This document shows positions 22,669 through 29,087 of a stretch of 44,711 nucleotides of DNA, piece after piece (position 1 is the first letter of the stretch; each line of letters starts with the position of its first letter). The notes below the pieces were generated by a model that ran no database searches, had not been told where the DNA came from, and saw only the letters and a program-made list of their open reading frames with translations. The stretch lies in IMG/VR virus record IMGVR_UViG_3300044453_000072; one strand, written 5' to 3'. A program made the translations under genes and the position numbers. The stretch is from a virus.

Positions 22669-23550
22669 TCAGGCGGCAGGAACCAGTTTCCCGTCACGCG
22701 CGATGTACGGTGTATTCGGGAGCAGCCCGTCCTTGCCGATGCAGCCGGTAGCGAAACCGACGCACTTGCCGTCCTTGAACTCGGCTACGGAAATCCAAGT
22801 GCCATCGGCACCGGAAACGGACGTGCCGGGACCGGCAGAGGCCACGACGCTGTGGGCACCTTCAGCTACGATCTGCGCGTAGTTGCCGCTGGAACCGATC
22901 CGCGCGGAGTCGCCGCTGGAACCGATCCGCGCGTAGTTGCCGCTGGAACCGATCTGCGCGTAGTTGCCGCTGGAACCGATCCGCGCGGAGTCGCCGCTGG
23001 AACCGATCCGCGCGTAGTTGCCGCTGGAACCGATCTGCGCGGAGTCGCCGCTGGAACCGATCCGCGCGGAGTCGCCGCTGGAACCGATCCGCGCGTAGTT
23101 GCCGCTGGAACCGATCTGCGCGTAGTTGCCGCTGGAACCGATCCGCGCGTAGTCGCCGCTGGGGTCATCGCCCTTGCCCTTCGTGGCGTCGATCACCCAC
23201 GACACGGCGCGGCGGATAAAATCCGGTAGGCTGATTTCGGCGTCTATGGTAATCTTGGCGGCGCAAATCTTGCTGTCTTTCTGGCCGCTGTCGCGAACGA
23301 AACCAGCCATCGAAACATCGGCGTAGCGCGCCAGCTTGCCCTCGGCATCAACCGGCCCGTAATAGCCCCACACGTCGAAGGGCGAACCCTCGCAGGCATG
23401 GAAGCCGGACGAGCACATGACGACACCGCCCTGGTGCTCGTAGCTCTTGCCGACTTCGTACTGAAAGCCTCGGCATTTCAGGTCGGCGTCAAAGCCCTTG
23501 ATGGCCTTCACGGTTTCAGGCTGCTTCGATTTCGCGGGCTTCTTCGCCAT
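22669..23550 (-). CDS. Tandem nonapeptide-repeat protein (293 aa): conserved Cys/His N-domain plus about 11 x SG(N/D)(Y/S)A(R/Q)IGS
   Basis: The N-terminal KGFDADLKCRGFQYEVGKSYEH...CSSGFHACEGSPFDVWGYYGP is a widespread phage domain (recalled). The central repeats are encoded by the 27-bp tandem array. Confidence 0.8.
   Translation of the reverse strand: MAKKPAKSKQPETVKAIKGFDADLKCRGFQYEVGKSYEHQGGVVMCSSGFHACEGSPFDVWGYYGPVDAEGKLARYADVSMAGFVRDSGQKDSKICAAKITIDAEISLPDFIRRAVSWVIDATKGKGDDPSGDYARIGSSGNYAQIGSSGNYARIGSSGDSARIGSSGDSAQIGSSGNYARIGSSGDSARIGSSGNYAQIGSSGNYARIGSSGDSARIGSSGNYAQIVAEGAHSVVASAGPGTSVSGADGTWISVAEFKDGKCVGFATGCIGKDGLLPNTPYIARDGKLVPAA
22870..23162. repeat. 27-bp tandem repeat, about 10.7 copies, with an 81-bp higher-order period
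   Basis: The + strand unit is GCGCG(T/G)AGT(T/C)GCCGCTGGAACCGATC(C/T), and unit boundaries fall every 27 nt from 22875. The variant order is A B A' / A B A' / B B A' / A ... Confidence 0.95.
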
Positions 23551-23591
23551 GTCTCGTCTCCGTTGTGTAGGGGCCGAAGCCCGAGGGGTGG

Positions 23592-23843
23592 TTAGGCTGC
23601 TTCGGTGGGGTAGCCGTCACCGGGCGGATGAAGTTCGTCGTAAAGTTCGGTGAGAAGCTGCTCCTTGCCGACTGCACTCCGGATACGGAGTTCGCGAACG
23701 AGTTCCCAACCTTCATGGGCGTTGAAATCACCAAGGAATTTTTCGCCCCAATAGAGCGAGCGACGATTAAAGCCGGAAAGATCATCCTTTGCGGATGAAA
23801 GGCCCACACTAGCCAAGGCGTCGTGGAGGGTTTCGGTTCTCAC
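23592..23843 (-). CDS. Hypothetical protein (83 aa)
   Basis: ORF overlapping the upstream stop by 4 nt. Confidence 0.55.
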   Translation of the reverse strand: MRTETLHDALASVGLSSAKDDLSGFNRRSLYWGEKFLGDFNAHEGWELVRELRIRSAVGKEQLLTELYDELHPPGDGYPTEAA

Positions 23844-24091
23844 GCCACCACTCCCCGCACAAAGGCTTCGTTGCCGTTGAAGGAAAAACGGGAGAACTCG
23901 ACGCCAGCCGCCATGCGGAAGCCGCCAGCGTTCAGCGCGTCGGCAAGAGCCTGACGATCAAAGTCGGCATCAACCACCGCGCGGATGCCGGAACGGATCA
24001 CGCGAAGGCGGTAGCCGAACCCAGCCGCATGAAGCGTACCGGCGAGGAACAACTTGTCCTCTTTGGTGATCTGACGAATGCGCTGGGCCAT
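23840..24091 (-). CDS. Hypothetical protein (83 aa), first gene of the leftward early operon
   Basis: GAGGAAG RBS. It lies downstream of the operator pair at 24147-24207. Confidence 0.55.
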   Translation of the reverse strand: MAQRIRQITKEDKLFLAGTLHAAGFGYRLRVIRSGIRAVVDADFDRQALADALNAGGFRMAAGVEFSRFSFNGNEAFVRGVVA

Positions 24092-24146
24092 GATCCGTCT
24101 TCCTCATTGCGTTGAGGGCGATGGCCCTCGGTTCGTTGAGAGGAAA

Positions 24147-24163
24147 GTGGCACAAAATGTCAC
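24147..24163. promoter_or_regulatory. Operator OL-1: 17-bp palindrome GTGGCA-CAAAA-TGTCAC
   Basis: Inverted hexamer half-sites separated by 5 nt, lying in the leftward early promoter region next to the minus-strand TTGCAT. Confidence 0.6.
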
Positions 24164-24190
24164 CACATGCAAGGGGGTCGGAAAACTTTT

Positions 24191-24207
24191 TTGACAGAAA
24201 GTGTCAC
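24191..24207. promoter_or_regulatory. Operator OL-2: TTGACA-GAAAG-TGTCAC
   Basis: Same architecture with one half-site mismatch. A further half-site, GTGGCA, lies at 24235-40. Confidence 0.5.
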
Positions 24208-24240
24208 CGAGGGGCTTGAAGCTGCGCGAATCCGGTGGCA

Positions 24241-24278
24241 CAAAAGGAAAGCCCCGCACGTCGGTGAGACGCCGGGGC
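24241..24278 (-). terminator. Intrinsic terminator on the minus strand
   Basis: The GC stem is 24251-56/24273-78 with an inner stem 24259-62/24268-71. On the minus strand it is followed by TTTCCTTTTG. Confidence 0.55.
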
Positions 24279-24602
24279 CTGACTGGATGGAAATGGTTTG
24301 GCGACCTGAATCCAGTAGCGTTGTTATAACGTTACATTCCCGCCAAATCAAGCCTTCTGGTCGCTAGCGGCGACGGGTGCAATTCCCGCTGGTGAAGCCG
24401 CAGGCGCGGGGTCGTAAGCCCGAAGGTGCTGCCAGAAACTATAGGGATGGGCCGGATCGAAAGACGGCCCGCCAGCTCTACGCACCGGCTCTATGCGCAG
24501 TGCAGAGCTAAGACTCCTCCGCCTTCATGGTTCTGCCGTGGGGGTAGGGGGGGTCTTTGCCAGATACCCCCGGATATGCGAGTGCAGGACAAGGGGATAG
24601 AG

Positions 24603-24818
24603 ATGAGACTGAATAATTTAAGCGCAAGGCTTAAGGTGAACGAGTGGTTGAAGGCGACTGGTCGCGAACCACTGCCCGCCAGCCTTTCATATGAAGAATT
24701 CGCTACCCGTTTGCGCCAGATTACTGCGCCAAATCAGCGTCAGGTGGATTTTGCCAGTCGAGTGGATGCTGTCGCCTACATTCGGCACGTTGCAACCAGT
24801 ATGGCGAAGGCTCCTTAG
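24603..24818 (+). CDS. Small hypothetical protein in the immunity region (71 aa)
   Basis: AAGGGGA RBS upstream of ATG 24603 (MRLNNLSARLKVNEWLKATG...). It is convergent with the CI-like gene and overlaps it by 4 nt. Confidence 0.4.
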   Translation: MRLNNLSARLKVNEWLKATGREPLPASLSYEEFATRLRQITAPNQRQVDFASRVDAVAYIRHVATSMAKAP

Positions 24819-25201
24819 CTATCGGTCCCGGTACGGTCTGGAAAGGCCAGCTCGATCATTTGTTTGATGCGCTCGACATCTTCAGGCGGTCGATTTTGCG
24901 TCTTTCGGGCAAACCAGTCTTGATCGGGATGGCGTGTCAAGGCTTCCGGGTCCGGTTCATCCGTCATCGGGTCGCGCAGATCGAGGGCTTCGGCAAGGCG
25001 CACCTGAGTAGGCATGTGGGGAAGTGATCCCTCAAGCCAGCGGTACACCTGTTTCTTGTCTATGAAGGTGTCCGTGTCGGCCTCATTGAGCTTCCGCCAC
25101 AGGTCCATCGGTTCCATGTCGCGCCGCTCCATCCACTCCCTGAGAAAGTGGCGGCGGAAGGACGCCTTCCTGGTCGCATGGATTCGGGACACTTGTTTCA
25201 T
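24815..25201 (-). CDS. CI-like HTH repressor candidate (128 aa)
   Basis: It is divergent from the Cro-like gene across the operator region and has an XRE-like HTH around ...IDKKQVYRWLEGS..PTQVRLAEAL. ATG 25201 abuts a half-site, so the mRNA may be leaderless. An upstream in-frame start lies at 25243. Confidence 0.6.
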   Translation of the reverse strand: MKQVSRIHATRKASFRRHFLREWMERRDMEPMDLWRKLNEADTDTFIDKKQVYRWLEGSLPHMPTQVRLAEALDLRDPMTDEPDPEALTRHPDQDWFARKTQNRPPEDVERIKQMIELAFPDRTGTDS

Positions 25202-25252
25202 GTGGCATTTTCTACCAATCCCGCATTTTCGGCGCGTCCCCAAAAAGTGACA
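25202..25252. promoter_or_regulatory. Operator half-sites GTGGCA (25202-07) and GTGACA (25247-52) in the divergent promoter region
   Basis: They use the same hexamers as the 17-bp palindromes. Confidence 0.4.
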
Positions 25253-25270
25253 GGCAGGGTCTTTACAAAG

Positions 25271-25287
25271 GTGACACTTTCTGCCAC
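25271..25287. promoter_or_regulatory. Operator OR: 17-bp palindrome GTGACA-CTTTC-TGCCAC
   Basis: It has the same architecture as 24147-24163. It lies 10 nt upstream of the Cro-like ATG, and TTTACA lies at 25262-67. Confidence 0.6.
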
Positions 25288-25296
25288 TTGTAGAGA

Positions 25297-25539
25297 ATGA
25301 GCGCGAAAAAGCCCCGACAGCCGATCCATCATTTTCGCAAGGCGCGCGGTCTGACGATCGATGCGCTGGCGAAGGAAATGAAGGTCAACAAGCGCACCGT
25401 CATTCGGTGGGAACATGGCGAGCCGCCGATCCCGACCGAGCGGCTCGACAAGGCAATGCGGATTCTCGACGCCAAGCGTCACGAGCTTCGCCCCGACCTC
25501 GCAGCTCTCTTTGCCGAACCCGCCGGAGCCACCCAATGA
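25297..25539 (+). CDS. Cro-like XRE-family HTH regulator (80 aa)
   Basis: The HTH is ARGLTIDALAKEMKVNKRTVIRWEHGE. It is the first gene of the rightward operon. Confidence 0.75.
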   Translation: MSAKKPRQPIHHFRKARGLTIDALAKEMKVNKRTVIRWEHGEPPIPTERLDKAMRILDAKRHELRPDLAALFAEPAGATQ

Positions 25540-25736
25540 CCTCCCCCTCCAAGCAAGATGCGAAGCTGCTGCCGTGCCCGTTTTGTGGGCGTGATGCCGC
25601 CAATCTCGCCGTTGGCAGTGGCTGCGAATATGTCGTGTGCGGCTGCGGAGCAGAGGGGCCAGCACGTCCAAGTGAAGCCGAAGCTATCGCCGTCTGGAAC
25701 CGCCGTTTCCCCACCCCTCCAGTAGAGGGAGCCTAG
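25536..25736 (+). CDS. lar: Lar-family restriction-alleviation protein (66 aa)
   Basis: The start overlaps the cro stop as ATGA. The family signature is LLPCPFCG...VVCGCGAEGP...EAIAVWNRR. Confidence 0.7.
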   Translation: MTSPSKQDAKLLPCPFCGRDAANLAVGSGCEYVVCGCGAEGPARPSEAEAIAVWNRRFPTPPVEGA

Positions 25737-25739
25737 GCG

Positions 25740-26042
25740 ATGGCGAGCGATAGGCACATGGGAGCTGCGCTGACGGCGCTCGGCTTCAATGACGACATAC
25801 CGGCATCGACGGCTTGGAAAAATGCAGTTGAGCAAATCGCCACCGCCCTTGCCAATGCTGAACGCGAAGGCATGAAGCGGGCGGCTGAGCAAATCGAGGA
25901 ATTGCAGGACAAGATCGACGGCCTCAGCGCCGACCTCGATAACGCTGTCGCAGTCGCCTACCACAGAGGCGCTCTTGACTGGACGCGCTTGAACTATCCT
26001 GAGCATTTCGCGCGCTTCGAAGCCGGGGAGGACGCTCAATGA
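25740..26042 (+). CDS. Hypothetical protein (100 aa)
   Basis: Helical acidic ORF in the rightward operon. Confidence 0.55.
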   Translation: MASDRHMGAALTALGFNDDIPASTAWKNAVEQIATALANAEREGMKRAAEQIEELQDKIDGLSADLDNAVAVAYHRGALDWTRLNYPEHFARFEAGEDAQ

Positions 26043-26500
26043 ACAGCGCCAACCCTCGCACAAACAGCCTTGCACACGGCGGCACGGAATCGCGCTCCGA
26101 AGTGCAGCAGCGTCATTACGACAGCGGCCAGCACAACGGGGTAGGTCGCGATCAATCGCGCCTCCACGATGAATTCCTCGCCACCGCAGGATCGGCGCTT
26201 GGAATAAAAAACGAAGGTGTGCCGTCCATCGTCGGAATCCTCGATGTGCGACAGGCCATCGACATTCGTATTCGGGACGTAGACGGGCTCGGAAAGCATT
26301 TCGACAGCAAGCACTGCACTTCCCCCTGCATGGACTCTGCCCTTCAAGGGGAAGTTCTGGACGATTTGTCAGGCTGCACAAGCCAAGATCATGTTGTCCA
26401 CAGGGCGCATTCAAGCGGATGCTTAACCTTTCATTGCGGCTTCAATTCAAACCCCATCCGTCAATTCCGCGATGGCGTAACGGGGAGGCTGGCGGCATGA
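26039..26500 (+). CDS. Hypothetical protein (153 aa)
   Basis: ATGA overlaps at both ends (26039-42 and 26497-500) support the + frame over the antisense ORF 26036..26347. Confidence 0.45.
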   Translation: MNSANPRTNSLAHGGTESRSEVQQRHYDSGQHNGVGRDQSRLHDEFLATAGSALGIKNEGVPSIVGILDVRQAIDIRIRDVDGLGKHFDSKHCTSPCMDSALQGEVLDDLSGCTSQDHVVHRAHSSGCLTFHCGFNSNPIRQFRDGVTGRLAA

Positions 26501-27036
26501 CGGGACAGGGCCACAACCTTCCGGCTGGTGCCAGGCTTCGCTCGTTCATCGAACGTGTCGAACGACTGGACGAAGAAATCAAATCGCTCAACGCCGACAA
26601 GTCGGAAATCTACAAGGAAGCGCGCGGCGAGGGCTTTGACGCGAAAGTCATGCGCAAGGTCGTCACGGCGCGCAAGATGGACAGCGCCGATCGCGAGGAA
26701 CAGGACGCGCTTTTCGACCTGTACTGGTCGGCCATCCACGGCGAACCGGAAGAAGCCCCTCGCGCGCGTGCACGTGCACGCGAGGAAAACGAACAGCCTG
26801 TCCCGACCTCCCTTGCGGGTGATGACGGCCATCCGCAGCCAAGTTCCGAAGCCTCTCAGGTCAATGACGCACGGGAACAGGCAGGCGTGAGCGCCGATCA
26901 TGGTAGCGCCCATTCGGAACAAGAGCAGGCCAGCGCACCGCAGGGCGGTAATCCGGCCGCAAGCGAAAGCGGGGCCTCCGTCAACGACAATTCCGACGGC
27001 CTCGACATTCCGGAATTTCTGCGGAGGCCTGCATGA
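26497..27036 (+). CDS. GapR/DUF2312-like DNA-binding protein with a long acidic/low-complexity C-terminal extension (179 aa)
   Basis: GGGGAGG RBS. The DUF2312 signature is RLRSFIERVERLDEEIKSLNADKSEIYKEARGEGFDAKVMRKVV..RK.D...REEQDALFDLY. Confidence 0.8.
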   Translation: MTGQGHNLPAGARLRSFIERVERLDEEIKSLNADKSEIYKEARGEGFDAKVMRKVVTARKMDSADREEQDALFDLYWSAIHGEPEEAPRARARAREENEQPVPTSLAGDDGHPQPSSEASQVNDAREQAGVSADHGSAHSEQEQASAPQGGNPAASESGASVNDNSDGLDIPEFLRRPA

Positions 27037-27209
27037 CATCTCGTTTCTCCCAAGCACCTGACAGCGGTGCCAACTCCCCGCTTCCCTGCGGGGCTTTCTA
27101 TCACCAATCGCTGGCAGTTCCCTCCGATGACGGGCCAGCGAAGGCCGGGACCGTTCATCATTCCTCCCATGAGCGTGTCCCGGCCACCCATTCGGAGATG
27201 GCGGTATGA
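27033..27209 (+). CDS. Possible coupled small protein (58 aa)
   Basis: It has ATGA overlaps at both ends. The product is MTSRFSQAPDSGANSPLPCGAFYHQSLAVPSDDGPAKAGTVHHSSHERVPATHSEMAV. It is below the ORF-track cutoff. Confidence 0.35.
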   Translation: MTSRFSQAPDSGANSPLPCGAFYHQSLAVPSDDGPAKAGTVHHSSHERVPATHSEMAV

Positions 27210-27541
27210 GCTATAACTGGGCAAGGCCGGGCGTCGAGGTCGTGTGCGTCAATGGTCGCGAAGATGACGTTCGCGTACTCGACGCTCCGATCACAGGACA
27301 CAGGTACACGATCCGCGATGTCGGAATGACCCCCAAAGGCAATACGGGTGTCCGTGTACACGGGTTGAACTTCCGATCTGCAATCGGCTTTTGGCATGGC
27401 CCGCGCAGGTGCTCTGGTGACGAATTTATCGGGGCCGTCCGCTTCCGCCCCCTTACCAAGCATTCCACAGACAAGCAGGTCGAAGAACTCAGGAAGCTCC
27501 TGAACGCCACTCCAGCCGATCTGGAGGGTGTCGATGCCTGA
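27206..27541 (+). CDS. Hypothetical protein (111 aa)
   Basis: Globular ORF in the rightward operon. Confidence 0.55.
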   Translation: MSYNWARPGVEVVCVNGREDDVRVLDAPITGHRYTIRDVGMTPKGNTGVRVHGLNFRSAIGFWHGPRRCSGDEFIGAVRFRPLTKHSTDKQVEELRKLLNATPADLEGVDA

Positions 27542-27617
27542 CATTCTCATAGCCTGGATAGCTGCTGCTTTCGTTCTCACGCTCCTGTTCCTTGCCTGTG
27601 CGGGAGGGAAGTGGTGA
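27534..27617 (+). CDS. Possible membrane micro-protein (27 aa)
   Basis: MPDILIAWIAAAFVLTLLFLACAGGKW. It overlaps the upstream stop. Confidence 0.25.
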   Translation: MPDILIAWIAAAFVLTLLFLACAGGKW

Positions 27618-27781
27618 CGAACGGCGAAGCTATATCACTGCTACTGATCCGGTGGACGTTCTTGGTTTTGTTCATCTTCGGCTACCACAACAGTTGGCCG
27701 GATGTGTGGCTTGTCGGGTTTATGGCTTGCTGGGCGGTATTCGCTTGTTGCGGCCTCATTCTGACGAAGTTCGGCAAATGA
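27614..27781 (+). CDS. Possible two-helix membrane protein (55 aa), GTG start
   Basis: GGGAGGG lies 5 nt upstream of GTG 27614, which overlaps the upstream stop as GTGA. The product is VTNGEAISLLLIRWTFLVLFIFGYHNSWPDVWLVGFMACWAVFACCGLILTKFGK. Confidence 0.4.
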   Translation: MTNGEAISLLLIRWTFLVLFIFGYHNSWPDVWLVGFMACWAVFACCGLILTKFGK

Positions 27782-28098
27782 TTGTCGTTGCATCCAACCA
27801 GAACCCTGTGGCGGGCCTGTGGGAAGCCGGAGGACCAACTAACGAGGGGGTACGGTCCTCCGGCGTGCGGCAGACGACACCGCAACTGAATTCGTTCGGG
27901 CCATTGAGCAGCGCCCGACACTGCATTTTCTCGCGCACTGAGCTTGGCGGCAAGTCGCGCGATCACGCGGTCAGCGACCGCTCCGATAGTCTCAAAATCT
28001 CCTGTCTGAGTGTTCCGTTCCATGAGCGGAAACAAAGCACAGGGGCTTTCGAAAATGTCCAAGAACCCATCGGAGAAATCCGAAATGTCGAGCGTTGA
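27778..28098 (+). CDS. Doubtful ORF (106 aa)
   Basis: An ATGA overlap at 27778 supports it, but the composition is odd and it contains the 10-bp inverted repeat. Confidence 0.25.
   Translation: MIVVASNQNPVAGLWEAGGPTNEGVRSSGVRQTTPQLNSFGPLSSARHCIFSRTELGGKSRDHAVSDRSDSLKISCLSVPFHERKQSTGAFENVQEPIGEIRNVER
27827..27863. repeat. Perfect 10-bp inverted repeat CCGGAGGACC / GGTCCTCCGG with a 17-nt spacer
   Basis: Read directly from the sequence. No U-tract is present on either strand. Confidence 0.8.
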
Positions 28099-28441
28099 GT
28101 TTGTGCAGACGGCGCTGCGCAGTCACGTCGCGCCGCCCGGATCGGGGGTCAATGTCGGGGACCGCATCAGGGTCGCGTCACGGCGTCTTGGCTGGAATTA
28201 CAGCCGGACGCGGGATGCCTGGTACGGCGACGAACGTATCAGCATCGACGCGGATGAACTGCGTGAAATCGAGGAAATCACAGGGCTTCGCTATGGCCGA
28301 CAAGAACTCGCAACCGTCGAAGAACTCATTGCGCGGGCGGATAGCCTTCTACACGGCCCCGATGCGGATTTTCATCGCCCGTTCGTTGCTGCGATCCGCG
28401 CGATGGCTGGCGCTCTTTATCGCCCCGGAACTGAGGAGTGA
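28085..28441 (+). CDS. Hypothetical protein (118 aa; alternative starts at 28055 and 28010)
   Basis: GGAG lies 9 nt upstream of ATG 28085. The globular sequence is ...GDRIRVASRRLGWNYSRTRDAWYGDERISIDADELREIEEITG... Confidence 0.55.
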   Translation: MSSVEFVQTALRSHVAPPGSGVNVGDRIRVASRRLGWNYSRTRDAWYGDERISIDADELREIEEITGLRYGRQELATVEELIARADSLLHGPDADFHRPFVAAIRAMAGALYRPGTEE

Positions 28442-28447
28442 GGACTG

Positions 28448-28753
28448 ATGTGCACCGTCTCAATGATCGGGGACCACTACAGCGAGAAGTTCCGCCGGCT
28501 CGATTATCAGTGGAGCAATCCGAATTATCCGGGCGCTCAGATCGTAGAGCATCCAACACGCGCGGAGTTTGACGCTCTGAAAAGGGATGTCGAGGAAATG
28601 AAGGCGCTGCTCATTCGCGCCAAGGAATACGACGAGCGCAACGGCGAACCCGACTGCGAAATGGACGAGAAAGTCGCACTGCTCAAGCAGGTCGCGAAGC
28701 TTGTCGGCGTCGATCTTTCCGAAGTGTTCAACCACCCCAAGGAAGGAGAGTGA
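28448..28753 (+). CDS. Conserved phage hypothetical protein (101 aa)
   Basis: The pattern ...TRAEFDALKRDVEEMKALLIRAKEYDERNGEPDCEMDEKVALLKQVAKLVGVDL is one I recall from many prophages. Its function is unknown. Confidence 0.65.
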   Translation: MCTVSMIGDHYSEKFRRLDYQWSNPNYPGAQIVEHPTRAEFDALKRDVEEMKALLIRAKEYDERNGEPDCEMDEKVALLKQVAKLVGVDLSEVFNHPKEGE

Positions 28754-28757
28754 GGCG

Positions 28758-29021
28758 ATGAACGACGCAAGAGAAATGCCCCGTTACCGAAGCCACAAGG
28801 AAGTGTGGGCGTTGAAGATCGACGCGATTGAAATCCACCAAGACCAGTCAGCGACTATTGCCCCTGCCGATGAGGGCTTCGCGCCATTCAAGACCAAGCC
28901 CGGTTGGGCGGAACGATGGGGCGGCAGCGAAGACGACACCGGGTACTACGTTCAGTACGCCGATGGATTTGCCTCGTGGTCGCCAACGACCGCCTTCGAG
29001 GACGGGTACACTCGCATTTAA
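28758..29021 (+). CDS. Conserved phage hypothetical protein (87 aa)
   Basis: AAGGAAGGAGAG RBS. The C-terminal ..GYYVQYADGFASWSPTTAFEDGYTRI pattern is common in prophage small proteins (recalled). Confidence 0.65.
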   Translation: MNDAREMPRYRSHKEVWALKIDAIEIHQDQSATIAPADEGFAPFKTKPGWAERWGGSEDDTGYYVQYADGFASWSPTTAFEDGYTRI

Positions 29022-29087
29022 ACCCACCGCGTTCCCGCGCCCCCTGTGTACGGCGCATTTCCCCCAACAAAACGAGGTGAGGGGATA

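Noticed and set aside
22870-23162. Regular short repeats that could be mistaken for a CRISPR array
   Set aside because: The units are contiguous 27-mers with no spacers. They are in frame within a 293-aa ORF and encode a nonapeptide repeat. No cas genes or leader are present.
22660-23229. ORFs 22660..23229 (+) and 22866..23168 (-) in the ORF track
   Set aside because: They are alternative-frame or antisense readings of the tandem repeat, giving monotonous AAGTDPRVV or PAATTRGSV repeats. The frame 22669..23550 (-) has a conserved non-repeat N-domain and fits the operon.
23568-23585. The GGGC-CGAA-GCCC hairpin near 23570 as a terminator related to the coat-gene hairpin
   Set aside because: It has only a 4-bp stem and no U-tract on either strand. 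It lies 20-40 nt upstream of the start of the repeat gene, so it is more likely a minor 5'-UTR structure. The similarity to 39641-58 is limited to the tetraloop context.
24426-24602. The long form of ORF 24426..24818 (130 aa)
   Set aside because: The N-terminal 59 aa are Arg/Pro/Cys/Gly-rich and overlap strongly structured DNA. A good RBS precedes the internal ATG 24603, so only the 71-aa form was annotated.
26036-26347. Minus-strand ORF (103 aa) antisense to 26039..26500
   Set aside because: It starts with TTG and has no SD. Codon-position GC does not discriminate between the two strands. The + ORF has ATGA overlaps with both neighbours and fits the operon direction. The call remains uncertain.
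27682-28062. Minus-strand ORF (126 aa) in the rightward operon
   Set aside because: Its 3' half is antisense to the well-supported two-helix membrane ORF 27614..27781. It lacks an SD or promoter context, and its composition is odd in the C-terminal half.
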